This document shows, one piece after another, positions 1-13,830 of a stretch of 64,000 nucleotides of DNA. How positions within the stretch are numbered: position 1 is the stretch's first letter; each line of letters opens with the position of its first letter. The notes beneath the pieces are model-generated. The model was given only the letters and a program-made list of their open reading frames with translations. It had not been told where the DNA came from and did no database searches. Made by a program: the position numbers and the translations under genes. Source of the stretch: Eledone cirrhosa (lineage: Eukaryota); assembly GCA_964016885.1 (NCBI GenBank), contig OZ024742.1, positions 335,048,001 through 335,112,000 of the forward strand, read 5' to 3'.

Positions 1-27
1 CCTATGGAACCATCTTAGCTACCATCA

Positions 28-592
<565 letters not shown>

Positions 593-942
593 TTAAAAAT
601 AAACCTCCTCCCCGCTTCGAAACAAGATGATATAATATATTTCTTCCTTGGTATAGTCATGGGACCATAAATTCACATGAAAAAAAGCCGAGCTAATCTC
701 TTTCAGTCCGCCGTATCTACTGCTGCTGGTGATGTATATAACCATGGTCACGTGACGTGACGTATGTGTAGCAGGGGTGAGCGGAAAAAACCTTGAAGAC
801 AGAAAGGATTATAACGGAAGCCATATTTTGGCATAGAAAAAATACATATCTTGATAAGTTTATTGGAAAATATAATTTTTGTCGTACATCATGATGTATA
901 CTCCATAGTGACTCTCTGTGGTGGTATATAATATTAGTTTGA

Positions 943-1400
943 AGTGGTGTGGCTTAGTGGTTAACATGCTCGGCTCAATCAAAAGAGGAAGAGATTGAGT
1001 CCCGGTTGTTTCCATAAAGAAGACATTTTATTTCACGTTGCTCCAGTTCACCCATCTGGAAAGGAAAATGAATTATGATACCACTGACAACATTGTTGAC
1101 GTGGGGAGAAGAGAATGTCGGGTATAGGGCATCATAAATTAGTAAGTTCGAATCAGGGCAACAGATTGTATCCTTGAGCAAAACACATTTTACCTTGCTC
1201 CAATCCACTCAGCAGGAAAAATGATTTGCACCTGTAATTAAAAGAATCAGCCTTGTCATATTCTGTGTCAGGCTGAATCTCCCTGAAAACTAGGTTAAAT
1301 GTATGCCAGTCTATGGAATACTCAGTCATTTTCTCGTTAATTTCAAGAGCAGGCTGTCCCGTTGGTCAACTGGGACACTCCTCATCGCAACTGTCGTAGG
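943..1400 (+). mobile_element. Two adjacent degenerate tRNA-derived SINEs (family A, GTGTCCTTGAGCAAGACAC central domain)
   Basis: A-box-like GTGGCTTAGTGG at ~949 and B-box-like GTTCGAATC at ~1146. TATCCTTGAGCAAAACACATTT...CCACTCAGC and the 3' body GAATCTCCCTGA...GAGCAGGCTGT match the copy at 18355-18676. Confidence 0.75.
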
Positions 1401-1569
1401 TCCAACACATAAACGCAGTTACATAATATTGATAGTCGAAATATATAAATTGGGTATCAGAATGGTTAATGTTCTGTTATCATTTATGATCTATGGATAA
1501 GATGGCTGACTGGTTCTCATTTTATTACTTCATATATCATGATGATTGGTCTTCCGTCGGATTTTACGA

Positions 1570-1805
1570 TAAATATTCAGTTGTTTGATCAACTGGACGT
1601 CCAGTTCGTGAATTGACATATAAATAGTTGAGTACATAATTCCAGAGTCGAATCAGCACAACACAATAGGTGACAAAAGCAGGACCATCATATTACAGAT
1701 ACAATCTATCTAACGGGATTCCATACTGTTTCGGCCTACTTAATTCCATTTACAATGCTTAGACTGACCCGAGTCTATGTTAAAGACATTTGCCATACAC
1801 CACTC
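1570..1805 (-). mobile_element. Degenerate SINE fragment(s), reverse orientation
   Basis: Reverse complement resembles the family A 3' body (…ACTCAAC…GTCAATTCACGA…) and the GTGTCTT…ATAG…CGGG central domain seen at 18780-18800. Confidence 0.5.
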
Positions 1806-1874
1806 TTGTACATGTGACCTTGGCCACGGTTTTTCCTACGAATCTATTCAAAACCTATTATTTACTGACTTAGA

Positions 1875-2045
1875 TAGTGGGTCTGACGCCATGCTTTGCA
1901 GCAAAGAGTTACGGCCCTTTATGATCTGAGTTCAAATTCCGCCGATGTTAACTTTGCCTTTCATCCTGACAGGATCGATAAAATAAAGTACCAGTAATGC
2001 ACTGGGTTAATTGCTGACCTTTTGCCAAAAGTAGAAACAATTATT
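1875..2045 (+). mobile_element. tRNA-derived SINE (family B, ACTTTGCCTTTCATCC…GATAAAATAAAGTACCAG domain)
   Basis: B-box GAGTTCAAATTCC followed by the conserved central domain. Matches copies at 4140-4297, 57862-58020 and 56025-56968 (minus strand). Confidence 0.8.
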
Positions 2046-2049
2046 TACT

Positions 2050-2663
2050 GACTAACCCACAATTTTACCCACGTTGTTAACCTCAAGTTTCCGTACGAAT
2101 TAACCCACACTCTATAACTCTAACCGCCATTTTAGCCCCTGTCGCTATTTTACGCACGACCTAACCTATGTTTACCCAACTTTTACTCAGTATTTTACTC
2201 GCATACTACTATGTTATTCAGTACCTTATCACACCCATCATAACCATCATTTTAACCACATCTTAATAACAATCGATTATTTTGCCCACCAATATTTACC
2301 CACAGTTTTACCCACATAAATTACCATATATTCCAATGTACTAACTTTACGCAACATTCTTCCTCCTACTTTACACTTAATCAATCCAATATTTTACACA
2401 TCACTTCACCCACCTTTTTATCCAGCTTCCATTATTTCACCGAGTCTTACCAATATTCTTGCCTAAGATTTCCCCTACGAATTTACGCAATGTACATTTT
2501 TACGCCCATCATTTTACCCACTTTACATACCTATAATGTTTCCTATGGATTTACCCACAATCCATTATTTCAGCCACCTTTTTTCCACCGTTTACCAACA
2601 ATTCTCCCTTCAAATTTACGCAAACTACTTTTTACTCACACTTACCTATTTTCTCCACCGATT
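2050..2663. repeat. Degenerate TTTACCCAC-like low-complexity tract (resumes at ~3760-3850)
   Basis: Recurrent TTTTACCCA/TTACCCAC/TTTACGCA words with strong C/T/A skew. Confidence 0.6.
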
Positions 2664-3755
2664 TCATCATCTTCATCATCGTCTTCGTTTAACATCCATC
2701 TTCCACACTAGCATGGGTTAAACGGGAGTTGTCCCACTTGAGGCAAGGTTGGTCGGGTGACCGTGTCTCGCTCATAAAGGACTATCTGGCAGGTGTTCTA
2801 CGGCTGGATGGCCTTCGTAACACCAACTACATTTACAGTGTGGAACTGGTAACTTTTTACCGTGTTACCTACACGGCCACATTACAACGTGGACTGTGTG
2901 TTTTTTGTCGTGACACCTACACGATCTCGATCTCATTATCTCATTTATTTGGACTGGATGTTGTGGTACCAACTTTACAGAGAGAGGGTGGTGTTGGTGG
3001 GAATGGGAGGATAGGGTAGGGGTAGTGGATTGGGGTGTATATTTGGTTAAGAGGTGACTACTGACTGTAGGTTTCGCTTTATACATAGGCAAGGCGGGTC
3101 TTCTGCATTACTGCGTAGCGCCAAAGATCTCAGTCCAGTGACATTGTCTTAGAGAGGAGCAAGTGTGTAAGGTCGGAATTTATCAGATCGTCCCAGGTTT
3201 TTCTGGGTCTACCTACTCCGCAACTACCATCAATTTTGATCGCCCTGCATTTCTTTATAAAGCTGTCGTCTTTCATGCGCATCACGTGGCCATACCAACG
3301 TAGTCTTCTTTCAAGTAAATAGTATCTGATCCCTCTTATTCCTAATTTCTCACTTAGTTCATTTATGCTTTGCCGTTCACGTATATTACTATTACACATC
3401 CAACGGAGCATGCAAGCTTCGTTCCTTTCCAGTCTGCGCAGGTCCTCTGCACGCAATGCCCATGTCTCACTGCCATGTAGCATTGCTGTTCGTATGCAGG
3501 CATCATACAATCTGCCTTTCATTTTTAGAGAGAACCCTTTAGCGGCCAACAGCGGTATAAGCTCTCTGAACTTTTTCCATCCCGTTCTGACTCTGGCTAC
3601 TGTACTTTCATAGCTCCCTCCACCACTGCTGATTTCGTCACCCAGGTAACGGAAAGTGTCCACTATTTCTATAGAACCATCTGGGCAATAGAAGGAGCTA
3701 GTATCCTGTGGGCACTTGCTACTTATTGCACCTGAGCATCGACCACATATAAAAT
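2664..3755 (-). mobile_element. RTE-clade LINE, 5'-truncated 3' fragment with 3' UTR and (ATG)n-like tail
   Basis: ORF 3130-3852 encodes the RTE RT C-terminus: FRYLG, VARVRTGWKKFREL, LYDACIRTAMLHGSETW, RLRWYGHVMRM, GRPRKTW. The + strand shows a CATCATC tail followed by CGTTTAACATCC…CTAGCATGGGTT at 2664-2720. Confidence 0.9.
3130..3755 (-). pseudogene. Partial reverse transcriptase C-terminal coding region of RTE LINE
   Basis: About 205 codons of RTE-like protein that lack the catalytic YADD region. The ORF's first ~30 aa come from the flanking low-complexity tract. Confidence 0.85.
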
Positions 3756-4139
3756 CTACACCCACTAATTTACCCACCAATTTACCTGATAGTATACCCA
3801 TGATCTGACTACAACCCACGATGCTTCCCACCATTTTACTAACGATTTTCAACAGTTTAAATACTTAATGTTAGTTTTTGTGGTCTGTAAAATGATATAT
3901 GAGGGTGTAGTGAAAAGTGTTAGTACATGATAGGTGTGATGATTATAGAGTTAGTTATAAAAGGGGGGGGGGGGCGTACTTGTTAGTTACGGTTAGGATT
4001 GAGGAAAACCTGGGCTTGGCAATGTTTATGACTATTTCGGTGTAAGCGAACATGACGTTAGTGACATACCAGTCATGTACGGGTGCGATTTAATCGACCC
4101 CACCACCACCACCACCACCACAAAAAACTGTACTTCTTT

Positions 4140-4297
4140 CCTTTACGTTCTGATTTCAAATCCTGCCGAGGTTAGCTTTGTCTTTCATCTTTACTGGGGT
4201 CTATAAAATAAAGTACCTGTAACACACTGGGGTTGATTTAATCGACTTTGCCCTTCCCTTCTAACTTCTGACCTTGTGACAATTTAGAAACAATTAT
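4140..4297 (+). mobile_element. SINE family B copy
   Basis: TTCAAATCCTGCCGAGGTTAGCTTTGTCTTTCATC…TAAAATAAAGTACC…GGGGTTGATTTAATCGAC…TTTAGAAACAATTATT. Confidence 0.75.
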
Positions 4298-4300
4298 TAA

Positions 4301-4507
4301 CCCTTTAGCATTTAAACCGGCCATATCCAGCCAGAATTCTCTCACCTCTTTCGGTTCAAACCAGCTGTAACTGGCTGCTCATGCTGATGTTAAGGTATTG
4401 TTCTCAAAATAAATAATATCAAAATCTCTTAGATTCTATATTATGTGAGATAAAGCCTTTACCGTATATATTACTGTATATATTATAGTTATGCAAATGT
4501 TAAAGGG
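4301..4507. mobile_element. piggyBac-type MITE
   Basis: Terminal inverted repeats CCCTTTAGCATTT … AAATGTTAAAGGG (1 mismatch), flanked by TTAA (4297-4300) and TCAA (4508-4511, degenerate TSD). Non-coding, 207 bp. Confidence 0.75.
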
Positions 4508-4515
4508 TCAAAACA

Positions 4516-4688
4516 GGCGGTTGACCGGCAGAATCGTTAGACTACTGGACAGCAGTTTATACAGCATTTAGTTACAGCTCTTTGAGTTCTAGGTTCTTAT
4601 CCGGACGAGGTCAACTTTACGCTTCTTCCATCCGAGATCGATAAAATCTGCCAGACAAATATATTGCCTAAATTTAGAAACAATTATA
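4516..4688 (+). mobile_element. SINE family B copy, degenerate
   Basis: Head GGCGGTTGACCGGCAGAATCGTTAG, central GAGGTCAACTTT…CATCC…GATCGATAAAAT, end TTTAGAAACAATTAT. Confidence 0.7.
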
Positions 4689-4718
4689 AAAAGTGTTTTG
4701 GAATTAGTGTATTGGAAC

Positions 4719-6050
4719 TAGTGGTGGTGGTGGTTGTAGTAATTTGGTGGTGGTGGAAGTGGTGTAGTAGTAATGGGAGCGGTGTGGTAGATAGTGGTGG
4801 TAGTGGTGGTTGTAGTAATTTGGTAGTGGTGGAAGTGGTGTAGTAGTAATGGCAGTGGTATAGTAGATAGTGGTGGTAGTGGTGGTTGTAGTAATTTGGT
4901 AGTGGTGGAAGTGGTGTAGTAGTAATGGCAGTGGTGTAGTAGATAGTGGTGGAAGTGGTGTAGTAGTAATGGCAGTGGTGTAGCAGGTAGTGGTGGTAGT
5001 GGTGGTTGTAGTAATTTGGTAGTGGTGGAAGTGGTGTAGTAGTAATGGAAGCGGTGTACTAGGTAGTGGTGGTAGTGGTGGTTGTAGTAATTTGGTAGTG
5101 GTGGATGTGGTGTAGTAGTAATGGGAGCGGTGTAGTAGGTAGTGGTGGTAGTGGTGGTTGTAGTAATTTGGTAGTGGTGGAAGTGGTGTAGTAGTAATGG
5201 CAGTGGTGTAGTAGGTAGTGGTGGTAGTGGTGGTAGTGGTGGTTGTAGTAATTTGGTAGTGGTGGATGTGGTGTAGTAGTAATGGCAGCGGTGTACTAGG
5301 TAGTGGTGGTAGTGGTGGTTGTGGTGGTTGTAGTAATTTGGTAGTGGTGGAAGTAGTGTAGTAGTAATGGCAGCGGTGTACTAGGTAGTGGTGGTAGTGG
5401 TGGTAGTGGTGGTTGTAGTAATTTGGTAGTGGTGGAAGTGGTGTAGTAGTAATGGCAGTGGTGTAGTAGGTAGTGGTGGTAGTGGTGGTAGTGGTGGTTG
5501 TAGTAATTTGGTAGTGGTGGAAGTGGTGTAGTAGTAATGGCAGTGGTGTACTAGGTAGTGGTGGTAGTGGTGGTAGTGGTGGTTGTAGTAATTTGGTAGT
5601 GGTGGAAGTAGTGTAGTAGTAATGGCAGTGGTGTAGTAGGTAGTGGTGGTAGTGGTGGTAGTGGTGGTTGTAGTAATTTGGTAGTGGTGGAAGTGGTGTA
5701 GTAGTAATGGCAGTGGTGTAGTAGGTAGTGGTGGTAGTGGTGGTAGTGGTGGTTGTAGTAATTTGGTAGTGGTGGAAGTGGTGTAGTAGTAATGGCAGTG
5801 GTGTAGTAGGTAGTGGTGGTAGTGGTGGTTGTGGTGGTTGTAGTAATTTGGTAGTGGTGGAAGTGGTGTAGTAGTAATGGCAGCGGTGTAGTAGGTAGTG
5901 GTGGTAGTGGTGGTTGTGGTGGTTGTAGTAATTTGGTAGTGGTGGAAGTGGTGTAGTAGTAATGGAAGCGGTGTAGTAGGTAGTGGTGGTGGTGGTGGTG
6001 GTTGTAGTAATTTTGTAGTGGTGGAAGTGATGTAGTAGCGTTGATTCAGG
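4719..6050 (+). repeat. Minisatellite, 76/85-bp unit
   Basis: The marker GTTGTAGTAATTTGG recurs at 76 bp spacing (e.g. AATTTGG at 4741, 4817, 4893), or at 85 bp with an extra GTAGTGGTG. Confidence 0.9.
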
Positions 6051-6129
6051 TATGGTAGTAGTGTATTGGTGGTGGTAGTGGTGTGGTAGGGATATATAGT
6101 GGAAGTGTTGTAGTATTGGTATGGCAGTA

Positions 6130-8500
6130 GTGGTAATCGTGGTGTGGTAGTGGTGGCAGTGGTGGCAGTGGTGATAGTGATGTGGTAATAGTAGTAATAG
6201 TGGAGGTAGTGGTGGTAGTGGTGGTAGTGATGTGGTAGAGGTAATAGTAGTGATAGTGGAGGTAGTGGTGGTAGTGATGTGGTATTGGTAATAGTAGTGA
6301 TAGTGGGGTAGTTGTGGTAGTGGTGATAGTCGTGGTAATAGTAGTAATAGTGGAGGTAGTGGTGGTAGTGGTGGTAGTGATGTGGTAGAGATAATAGTAG
6401 TGATAGTGGAGGTAGTGGTGGTAGTGGTGGTAGTGATGTGGTAGAGGTAATAGTAGTGATAGTGGTGGTAGTAGTGGTAGTGATGTGGTAGAGGTAATAG
6501 TAATGATAGTGGGGGTAGTTGTGGTAGTGGTGATAGTCGTGGTAATAGTAGTAATAGTGGAGGTAGTGGTGGTAGTTGTGGTAGTGATCTGGTAGAGGTA
6601 ATAGTAGTGATAGTGGAGGTAGTGGTGGTAGTGGTGGTAGTGATGTGGTATTGGTAATAGTAGTGATAGTGGAGGTAGTGGAGGTAGTGGTGGTAGTGAT
6701 GTGGTAGTGGTAATAGTAGTGATAGTAGAGGTAGTGGTGGTAGTGGTGATAGTCGTGGTAATAGTAGTGATAGTGGAGGTAGTGGAGGTAGTGGTGGTAC
6801 TGATGTGGTAGAGGTAATAGTAGTGATAGTGGAGGTATTGGTGGTAGTGATGTGGTAGAGGTAATAGTAGTGATAGTGGAGGTAGTGGTGGTAGTGATGT
6901 GGTAGAGGTAATAGTAGTGATAGTGGAGGTAGTGGTGGTAATGATGTGGTAGAGGAAATAGTAGTGATAGTGGAGGTAGTTGTGGTAGTGGTGATAGTCG
7001 TGGTAATAGTAGTGATCGTGGAGGTAGTGGTGGTAATGATGTGGTAGAGGTAATAGTAGTGATAGTGGAGGTAGTTGTGGTAGTGGTGATAGTCGTGGTA
7101 ATAGTAGTGATAGTGGAGGTAGTGGTGGTAGTGGTGGTAGTGATGTGGTAGTGGTAATAGTAGTGATAGTGGAGGTAGTGGAGGTTGTGGTGGTAGTGAT
7201 GTGGTAGAGGTAATAGTAGTGATAGTGGAGGTAGTGGTGGTAGTGATGGTAGTGGTAATAGTAGTGATATTGGAGGTAGTGGTGGTAGTGGTGGTAGTGA
7301 TGTGGTAGAGGTAATAGTAGTGATAGTGGAGGTAGTGGAGGTTGTGGTGGTAGTGATGTGGTAGAGGTAATAGTAGTGATAGTGGAGGTAGTGGTGGTAG
7401 TGGTGGTAGTGATGTGGTAGCAGTAATAGTAGTGATAGTGGAGGTAGTGGTGGTAGTGATGTGGTAGTGGTAATAGTAGTGATAGTGGAGGTAGTGGTGG
7501 TAGTGGTGGTAGTGATGTGGTAGCAGTAATAGTAGTGATAGTGGAGGTAGTGGAGTTAGTGGTGGTAGTGATGTGGTAGTGGTAATAGTAGTGATAGTGG
7601 AGGTAGTGGAGGTCGTGGTGGTAGTGGTGGTGTGGTAATAGTAGTGATAGTAGAGGTAGTGGAGGTAGTGGTGGTAGTGGTGGTAGTGGTAATAGTAGTG
7701 ATAGTGGAGGTAGTGGAGGTAGTGGTGGTAGTGGTGGTAGTGGTAATAGTAGTGATAGTGGAGGTAGTGGAAGTAGTGGTGGTAGTGGTGGTAGTGGTAA
7801 TAGTAGTGATAGTGGAGGTAGTGGTGATAGTGGTTGTAGTGGTGGTAGTGATGTGGTAGAGGTAATAGTAGTGATAGTGGAGGTAGTGGTGGTAGTGGTG
7901 GTAGTGATGTGGTAGTGGTAAGAGTAGTGATAGTGGAGGTAGTGGTGGTAGTGATGTGGTAGAGGTAATAGTAGTGATAGTGGAGGTGGTGGAGGTAGTG
8001 GTGGTAGTGGTGGTAGTGGTAATAGTAGTGATAGTAGAGGTAGTGGTGGTAGGGGTGGTAGTGATGTGGTAGTGGTAAGAGTAGTGATAGTGGAGGTAGT
8101 GGAGGTAGTGGTGGTAGTGATGTGGTAGAGGTAATAGTAGTGATAGTGGAGGTAGTGGAGGTTGTGGTGGTAGTGATGTGGTAGAGGTAATAGTAGTGAT
8201 AGTGGAGGTAGTGGTGGTAGTGGTGGTAGTGGTAATAGTAGTGATATTGGAGGTAGTGGTGGTAGTGGTGGTAGTGGTTGTAGTGGTGGTAGTTGTGGTA
8301 GTGGTAATAGTAGTGATAGTGGAGGTAGTGGTGGTAGTGGTGGTAGTGGTTGTAGTGGTGGTAGTGATGTGGTAGAGGTAATAGTAGTTATAGTGGAGGT
8401 GGTGGAGGTAGTGGTGGTAGTGGTGGTAGTGGTAATAGTAGTGATAGTGGAGGTAGTGGAGGTAGTGGTGTAGTGGTGGTAGTGATAGTGAAGGTAGTGG
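6130..8500 (+). repeat. Minisatellite, ~47-65-bp variable unit (core GGTAATAGTAGTGATAGTGGAGG)
   Basis: Core plus a variable number of GTAGTGGTG 9-mers and GTAGTGATGTGGTAGA. Confidence 0.9.
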
Positions 8501-8562
8501 TGTGTTAAGGGGGATGCTTATGAAAGTGATTGTAGTGGTGTGGTAGCGGTGAAGGTCGAGAT

Positions 8563-10664
8563 GGTGGTGTGATAATGGTGGTAGTAGTATGGTAGTAGTA
8601 TGGTAGTGGTGTGATCATGTTGGTAGTAGTATGGTAGTAGTATGGTAGTGGTGTGATCATGTTGGTAGTAGTATGGTAGTAGTATGGTAGTGGTGTGATC
8701 ATGTGGGTAGTAGTATGGTAGTGGTGTGATAATGGTGGTAGTAGTATGGTAGTAGTATGGTAGTGGTGTGATAATGTTGGTAGTAGTATGGTAGTAGTAT
8801 GGTAGTGGTGTGATCATGTGGGTAGTAGTATGGTAGTGGTGTGATAATGGTGGTAGTAGTATGGTAGTAGTATGGTAGTGGTGTGATAATGGTGGTAGTA
8901 GTATGGTAGTGGTGTAATAATGTTGGTAGTAGTATGGTAGTAGTATGGTAGTGGTGTGATCATGTGGGTAGTAGTATGGTAGTAGTATGGTAGTGGTGTA
9001 ATAATGTTGGTAGTAGTATGGTAGTGGTGTGATAATGGTGGTAGTATTATGGTAGTAGTATGGTAGTGGTGTGATAATGGTGGTAGTAGTATGGTAGTGG
9101 TGTAATAATGTTGGTAGTAGTATGGTAGTAGTATGGTAGTGGTGTGATCATGTGGGTAGTAGTATGGTAGTGGTGTGATAATGGTGGTAGTATTATGGTA
9201 GTAGTATGGTAGTTGTGTGATAATGGTGGTAGTAGTATGGTAGTGGTGTAATAATGTTGGTAGTAGTATGGTAGTAGTATGGTAGTGGTGTGATCATGTG
9301 GGTAGTAGTATGGTAGTGGTGTGATAATGGTGGTAGTATTATGGTAGTAGTATGGTAGTTGTGTGATAATGGTGGTAGTAGTATGGTAGTGGTGTAATAA
9401 TGTTGGTAGTAGTATGGTAGTAGTATGGTAGTGGTGTGATCATGTGGGTAGTAGTATGGTAGTAGTATGGTAGTGGTGTAATAATGTTGGTAGTAGTATG
9501 GTAGTAGTATGGTAGTGGTGTGATCATGTGGGTAGTAGTATGGTAGTGGTGTGATAATGGTGGTAGTATTATGGTAGTAGTATGGTAGTTGTGTGATAAT
9601 GGTGGTAGTAGTATGGTAGTGGTGTGATAATGGTGGTAGTATTATGGTAGTAGTATGGTAGTTGTGTGATAATGGTGGTAGTAGTATGGTAGTGGTGTAA
9701 TAATGTTGGTAGTAGTATGGTAGTAGTATGGTAGCTGTGTGATAATGGTGGTAGTAGTATGGTAGTGGTGTGATAATGGTGGTAGTAGTATGGTAGTAGT
9801 ATGGTAGCTGTGTGATAATGGTGGTAGTAGTATGGTAGTGGTGTGATAATGGTGGTAGTAGTATGGTAGTAGTATGTTAGTGGTGTGATAATGGTGGTAG
9901 TAGTATCGTAGTGGTGTGATAATGGTGGTAGTAGTATGGTAGTGGTGTGATAATGTTGGTAGTAGTATGGTAGTAGTATGGTAGTGGTGTAATAATGGTG
10001 GTAGTAGTATGGTAGTGGTGTGATAATGTTGGTAGTAGTATGGTAGTAGTATGGTAGTGGTGTAATAATGGTGGTAGTATGGTAGTGGTGTGATAATGTT
10101 GGTAGTAGTATGGTAGTAGTATGGTAGTGGTGTGATAATGTTGGTAGTAGTATGGTAGTAGCATGGTAGTGGTGTGATAATGGTAGTAGTAGTATGGTAG
10201 TAGCATGGTAGTGGTGTGATAATGGTGGTAGTAGTATGGTAGTAGCATGGTAGTGGTGTGATAATGGTGGTAGTAGTATGGTAGTGGTGTGATAATGGTG
10301 GTAGTCGTATGGTAGTAGTATGGTAGTGGTGTGATAATGGTGGTAGTAGTATGGTAGTGGTGTGATAATGGTGGTAGTAGTATGGTAGTAGTATGGTAGT
10401 GGTGTGATAATGGTGGTAGTAGTATGGTAGTGGTGTGATAATGGTGGTAGTAGTATGGTAGTAGTATGGTAGTGGTGTGATAATGGTGGTAGTAGTATGG
10501 TAGTGGTGTGATAATGGTGGTAGTAGTATGGTAGTAGTATGGTAGTGGTGTGATAATGGTGGTAGTAGTATGGTAGTGGTGTGATAATGGTGGTAGTAGT
10601 ATGGTAGTAGCATGGTAGTGGTGTGATAATGGTGGTAGTAGTATGGTAGTAGCATGGTAGTGGA
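8563..10664 (+). repeat. Minisatellite, 31/42-bp units (GGTAGTAGTAT x1-2 + GGTAGTGGTGTGATAATGGT)
   Basis: GATAATGG spacing alternates 31/42 bp (10260, 10291, 10333…), giving a local 73-bp higher-order unit. Confidence 0.92.
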
Positions 10665-10719
10665 GGTAAAGATGGTAGTGGTGATACTGATGATAGTGGT
10701 GTCTTATAGTTACATTGGA

Positions 10720-10861
10720 TGTTGCTGTTGTTGTTGTTGTTGTTGCTGCTGTTGATGCACTCGTTAAACGATTGGTTATCGATACGACATCAAATAGGTG
10801 TTAATACTCTCATTCACCACCAAAATGCTTCACTGTTGCACGTGATGAATCAATAAAATTT

Positions 10862-10922
<61 letters not shown>

Positions 10923-11015
10923 TGTGTGTGTGTGTTTGTACATGTATATATATATATATATGCCTATATATGCATATATATATATATATATATACACACA
11001 CATATATACGCGTGT
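10720..11015. repeat. (GTT)n and (TA)n/(TG)n microsatellites around a ~100 bp unique spacer
   Basis: (GTT)n at 10720-10753 and (TA)n-dominated compound run at 10865-11015. Confidence 0.9.
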
Positions 11016-11215
11016 NNNNNNNNNNNNNNNNNNNNNNNNNNNNNNNNNNNNNNNNNNNNNNNNNNNNNNNNNNNNNNNNNNNNNNNNNNNNNNNNNNNNN
11101 NNNNNNNNNNNNNNNNNNNNNNNNNNNNNNNNNNNNNNNNNNNNNNNNNNNNNNNNNNNNNNNNNNNNNNNNNNNNNNNNNNNNNNNNNNNNNNNNNNNN
11201 NNNNNNNNNNNNNNN
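11016..11215. other. Assembly gap (200 N)
   Basis: Exactly 200 N; a fixed-size scaffolding gap. Confidence 0.99.
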
Positions 11216-13830
11216 CTACCACCACTACAACAACAACACCAACCACGGATACTACAGCCACCACAACAACATCGCCCACAACCAAACTACCACCACTACA
11301 ACAACAACCACAGACACTACATCCATCACAACAACATCAGCCATAACCACTACGACCACTACAACAACAACAACAACAACCACAGACACTACATCCACCA
11401 CAACAACATCACCCACAACCAAACTACCACCACTACAACAACAAAACCAACCACAGACACTACATCAATCACAACAACATTACCCACAACCAAACTACCA
11501 CCACTACAACAACAACCACAGACACTACATCCATCACAACAACATCAGCCATAACCACTACGACCACTACAACAACAACAACAACAACCACAGACACTAC
11601 ATCCGTCACAACAACATCACCCACAACCAAACTACCACCCCTACAACAACAAAACCAACCACAGACACTACATCCACCACAACAACATCACCCACAACCA
11701 AACTACCACCACTACAATAACAACACCAACCACGGATACTACAGCCACCACAACAACATCGCCCACAACCAAACTACCACCACTACAACAACAACCACAG
11801 ACACTACATCCATCACAACAACATCAGCCATAATCACTACGACCACTACAACAACAACAACAACAACCACAGACACTACATCCATCACAACAACATCACC
11901 CACAACCAAACTACCACCCCTACAACAACAAAACCAACCACAGACACTACATCAATCACAACAACATTACCCACAACCAAACTACCACCACTACAACAAC
12001 AACAACAACCACAGACACTACATCCACCACAACAACATCACCCACAACCAAACTACCACCACTACAATAACAACACCAACCACGGATACTACAGCCACCA
12101 CAACAACATCGCCCACAACCAAACTACCACCACTACAACAACAACCACAGACACTACATCCATCACAACAACATCAGCCATAACCACTACGACCACTACA
12201 ACAACAACAACAACAACCACAGACACTACATCCATCACAACAACATCACCCACAACCAAACTACCACCCCTACAACAACAAAACCAACCACAGACACTAC
12301 ATCAATCACAACAACATTACCCACAACCAAACTACCACCACTACAACAACAACAACAACCACAGACACTACATCCACCACAACAACATCACCCACAACCA
12401 AACTACCACCACTACAACAACAACCACAGACACTACATCCACCACAACAACATCAGCCATAACCACTACCACCACTACATCAACAACCACAGACACTACA
12501 TCCATCACAACATCACCCACAACCAAACTACCACCACTACAACAATAACACCAACCACAGACACTACATCCATCACAACAACATCAGCCATAACCACTAC
12601 CACCACTACAACAACAAAACCAACCACAGATACTACAGCCACCACAACAATATCAGCCATAGCCACGACCACCACTACAACAACAACCACAGACACTACA
12701 TCCACCACAACAACATCACCCACAACCAAACTACCACCACTACAACAACAACACCAACCACGGATACTACAGCCACCACAACAACATCACCCACAACCAA
12801 ACTACCACCACTACAACAATAACACCAACCACAGACACTACATCCATCACAACAACATCAGCCATAACCACTACCACCACTACAACAACAAAACCAACCA
12901 CAGACACTACATCCACCACAACAACATCAGCCATAACCACTACCACCACTACAACAACAACCACAGACACTACATCCACCACAACAACATCAGCCATAAC
13001 CACTACCACCACTACAACAACAACCACAGACACTACATCCATCACAACAACATCACCCACAACCAAACTACCACCACTACAACAACAACAACAACAACCA
13101 CAGACAACAACAACCACAGACACTACATCCACCACAACAACATCAGCCATAACCACTACCACCACTACAACAACAACCACAGACACTACATCCACCACAA
13201 CAACATCAGCCATAACCACTACCACCACTACAACAACAACCACAGACACTACATCCACCACAACAACATCAGCCATAACCACTACCACCACTACAACAAC
13301 AACCACAGACACTACATCCACCACAACAACATCAGCCATAACCACTACCACCACTACAACAACAACAACCACAGACACTACATCCATCCCAACAACATCA
13401 GCCATAACCACTACCACCACTACAACAACAACAACAACCACAGACACTACATCCACCACAACAACATCAGCCATAACCACTACCACCACTACAACAACAA
13501 CCACAGACACTACATCCACCACAACAACATCAGCCATAACCACTACCACCACTACAACAACAACAACCACAGACACTACATCCATCCCAACAACATCAGC
13601 CATAACCACTACCACCACTACAACAACAACAACAACCACAGACACTACATCCACCACAACAACATCAGCCATAACCACTACCACCACTACAACAACAACA
13701 ACCACAGACACTACATCCATCCCAACAACATCAGCCATAACCACTACCACCACTACAACAACAACAACAACCACAGACACTACATCCATCACAACAACAT
13801 CATCCACAACCAAACTACCACCACCACCAC
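11216..13830 (+). repeat. C/A-rich minisatellite, ~63-bp unit (CACAGACACTACATCC…)
   Basis: CACAGACACTACATC recurs at 63/66/69 bp in 13080-13800. Two alternating sub-variants (…CAGCCATAACC… / …CCCACAACCAAAC…) occur earlier. Confidence 0.92.
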
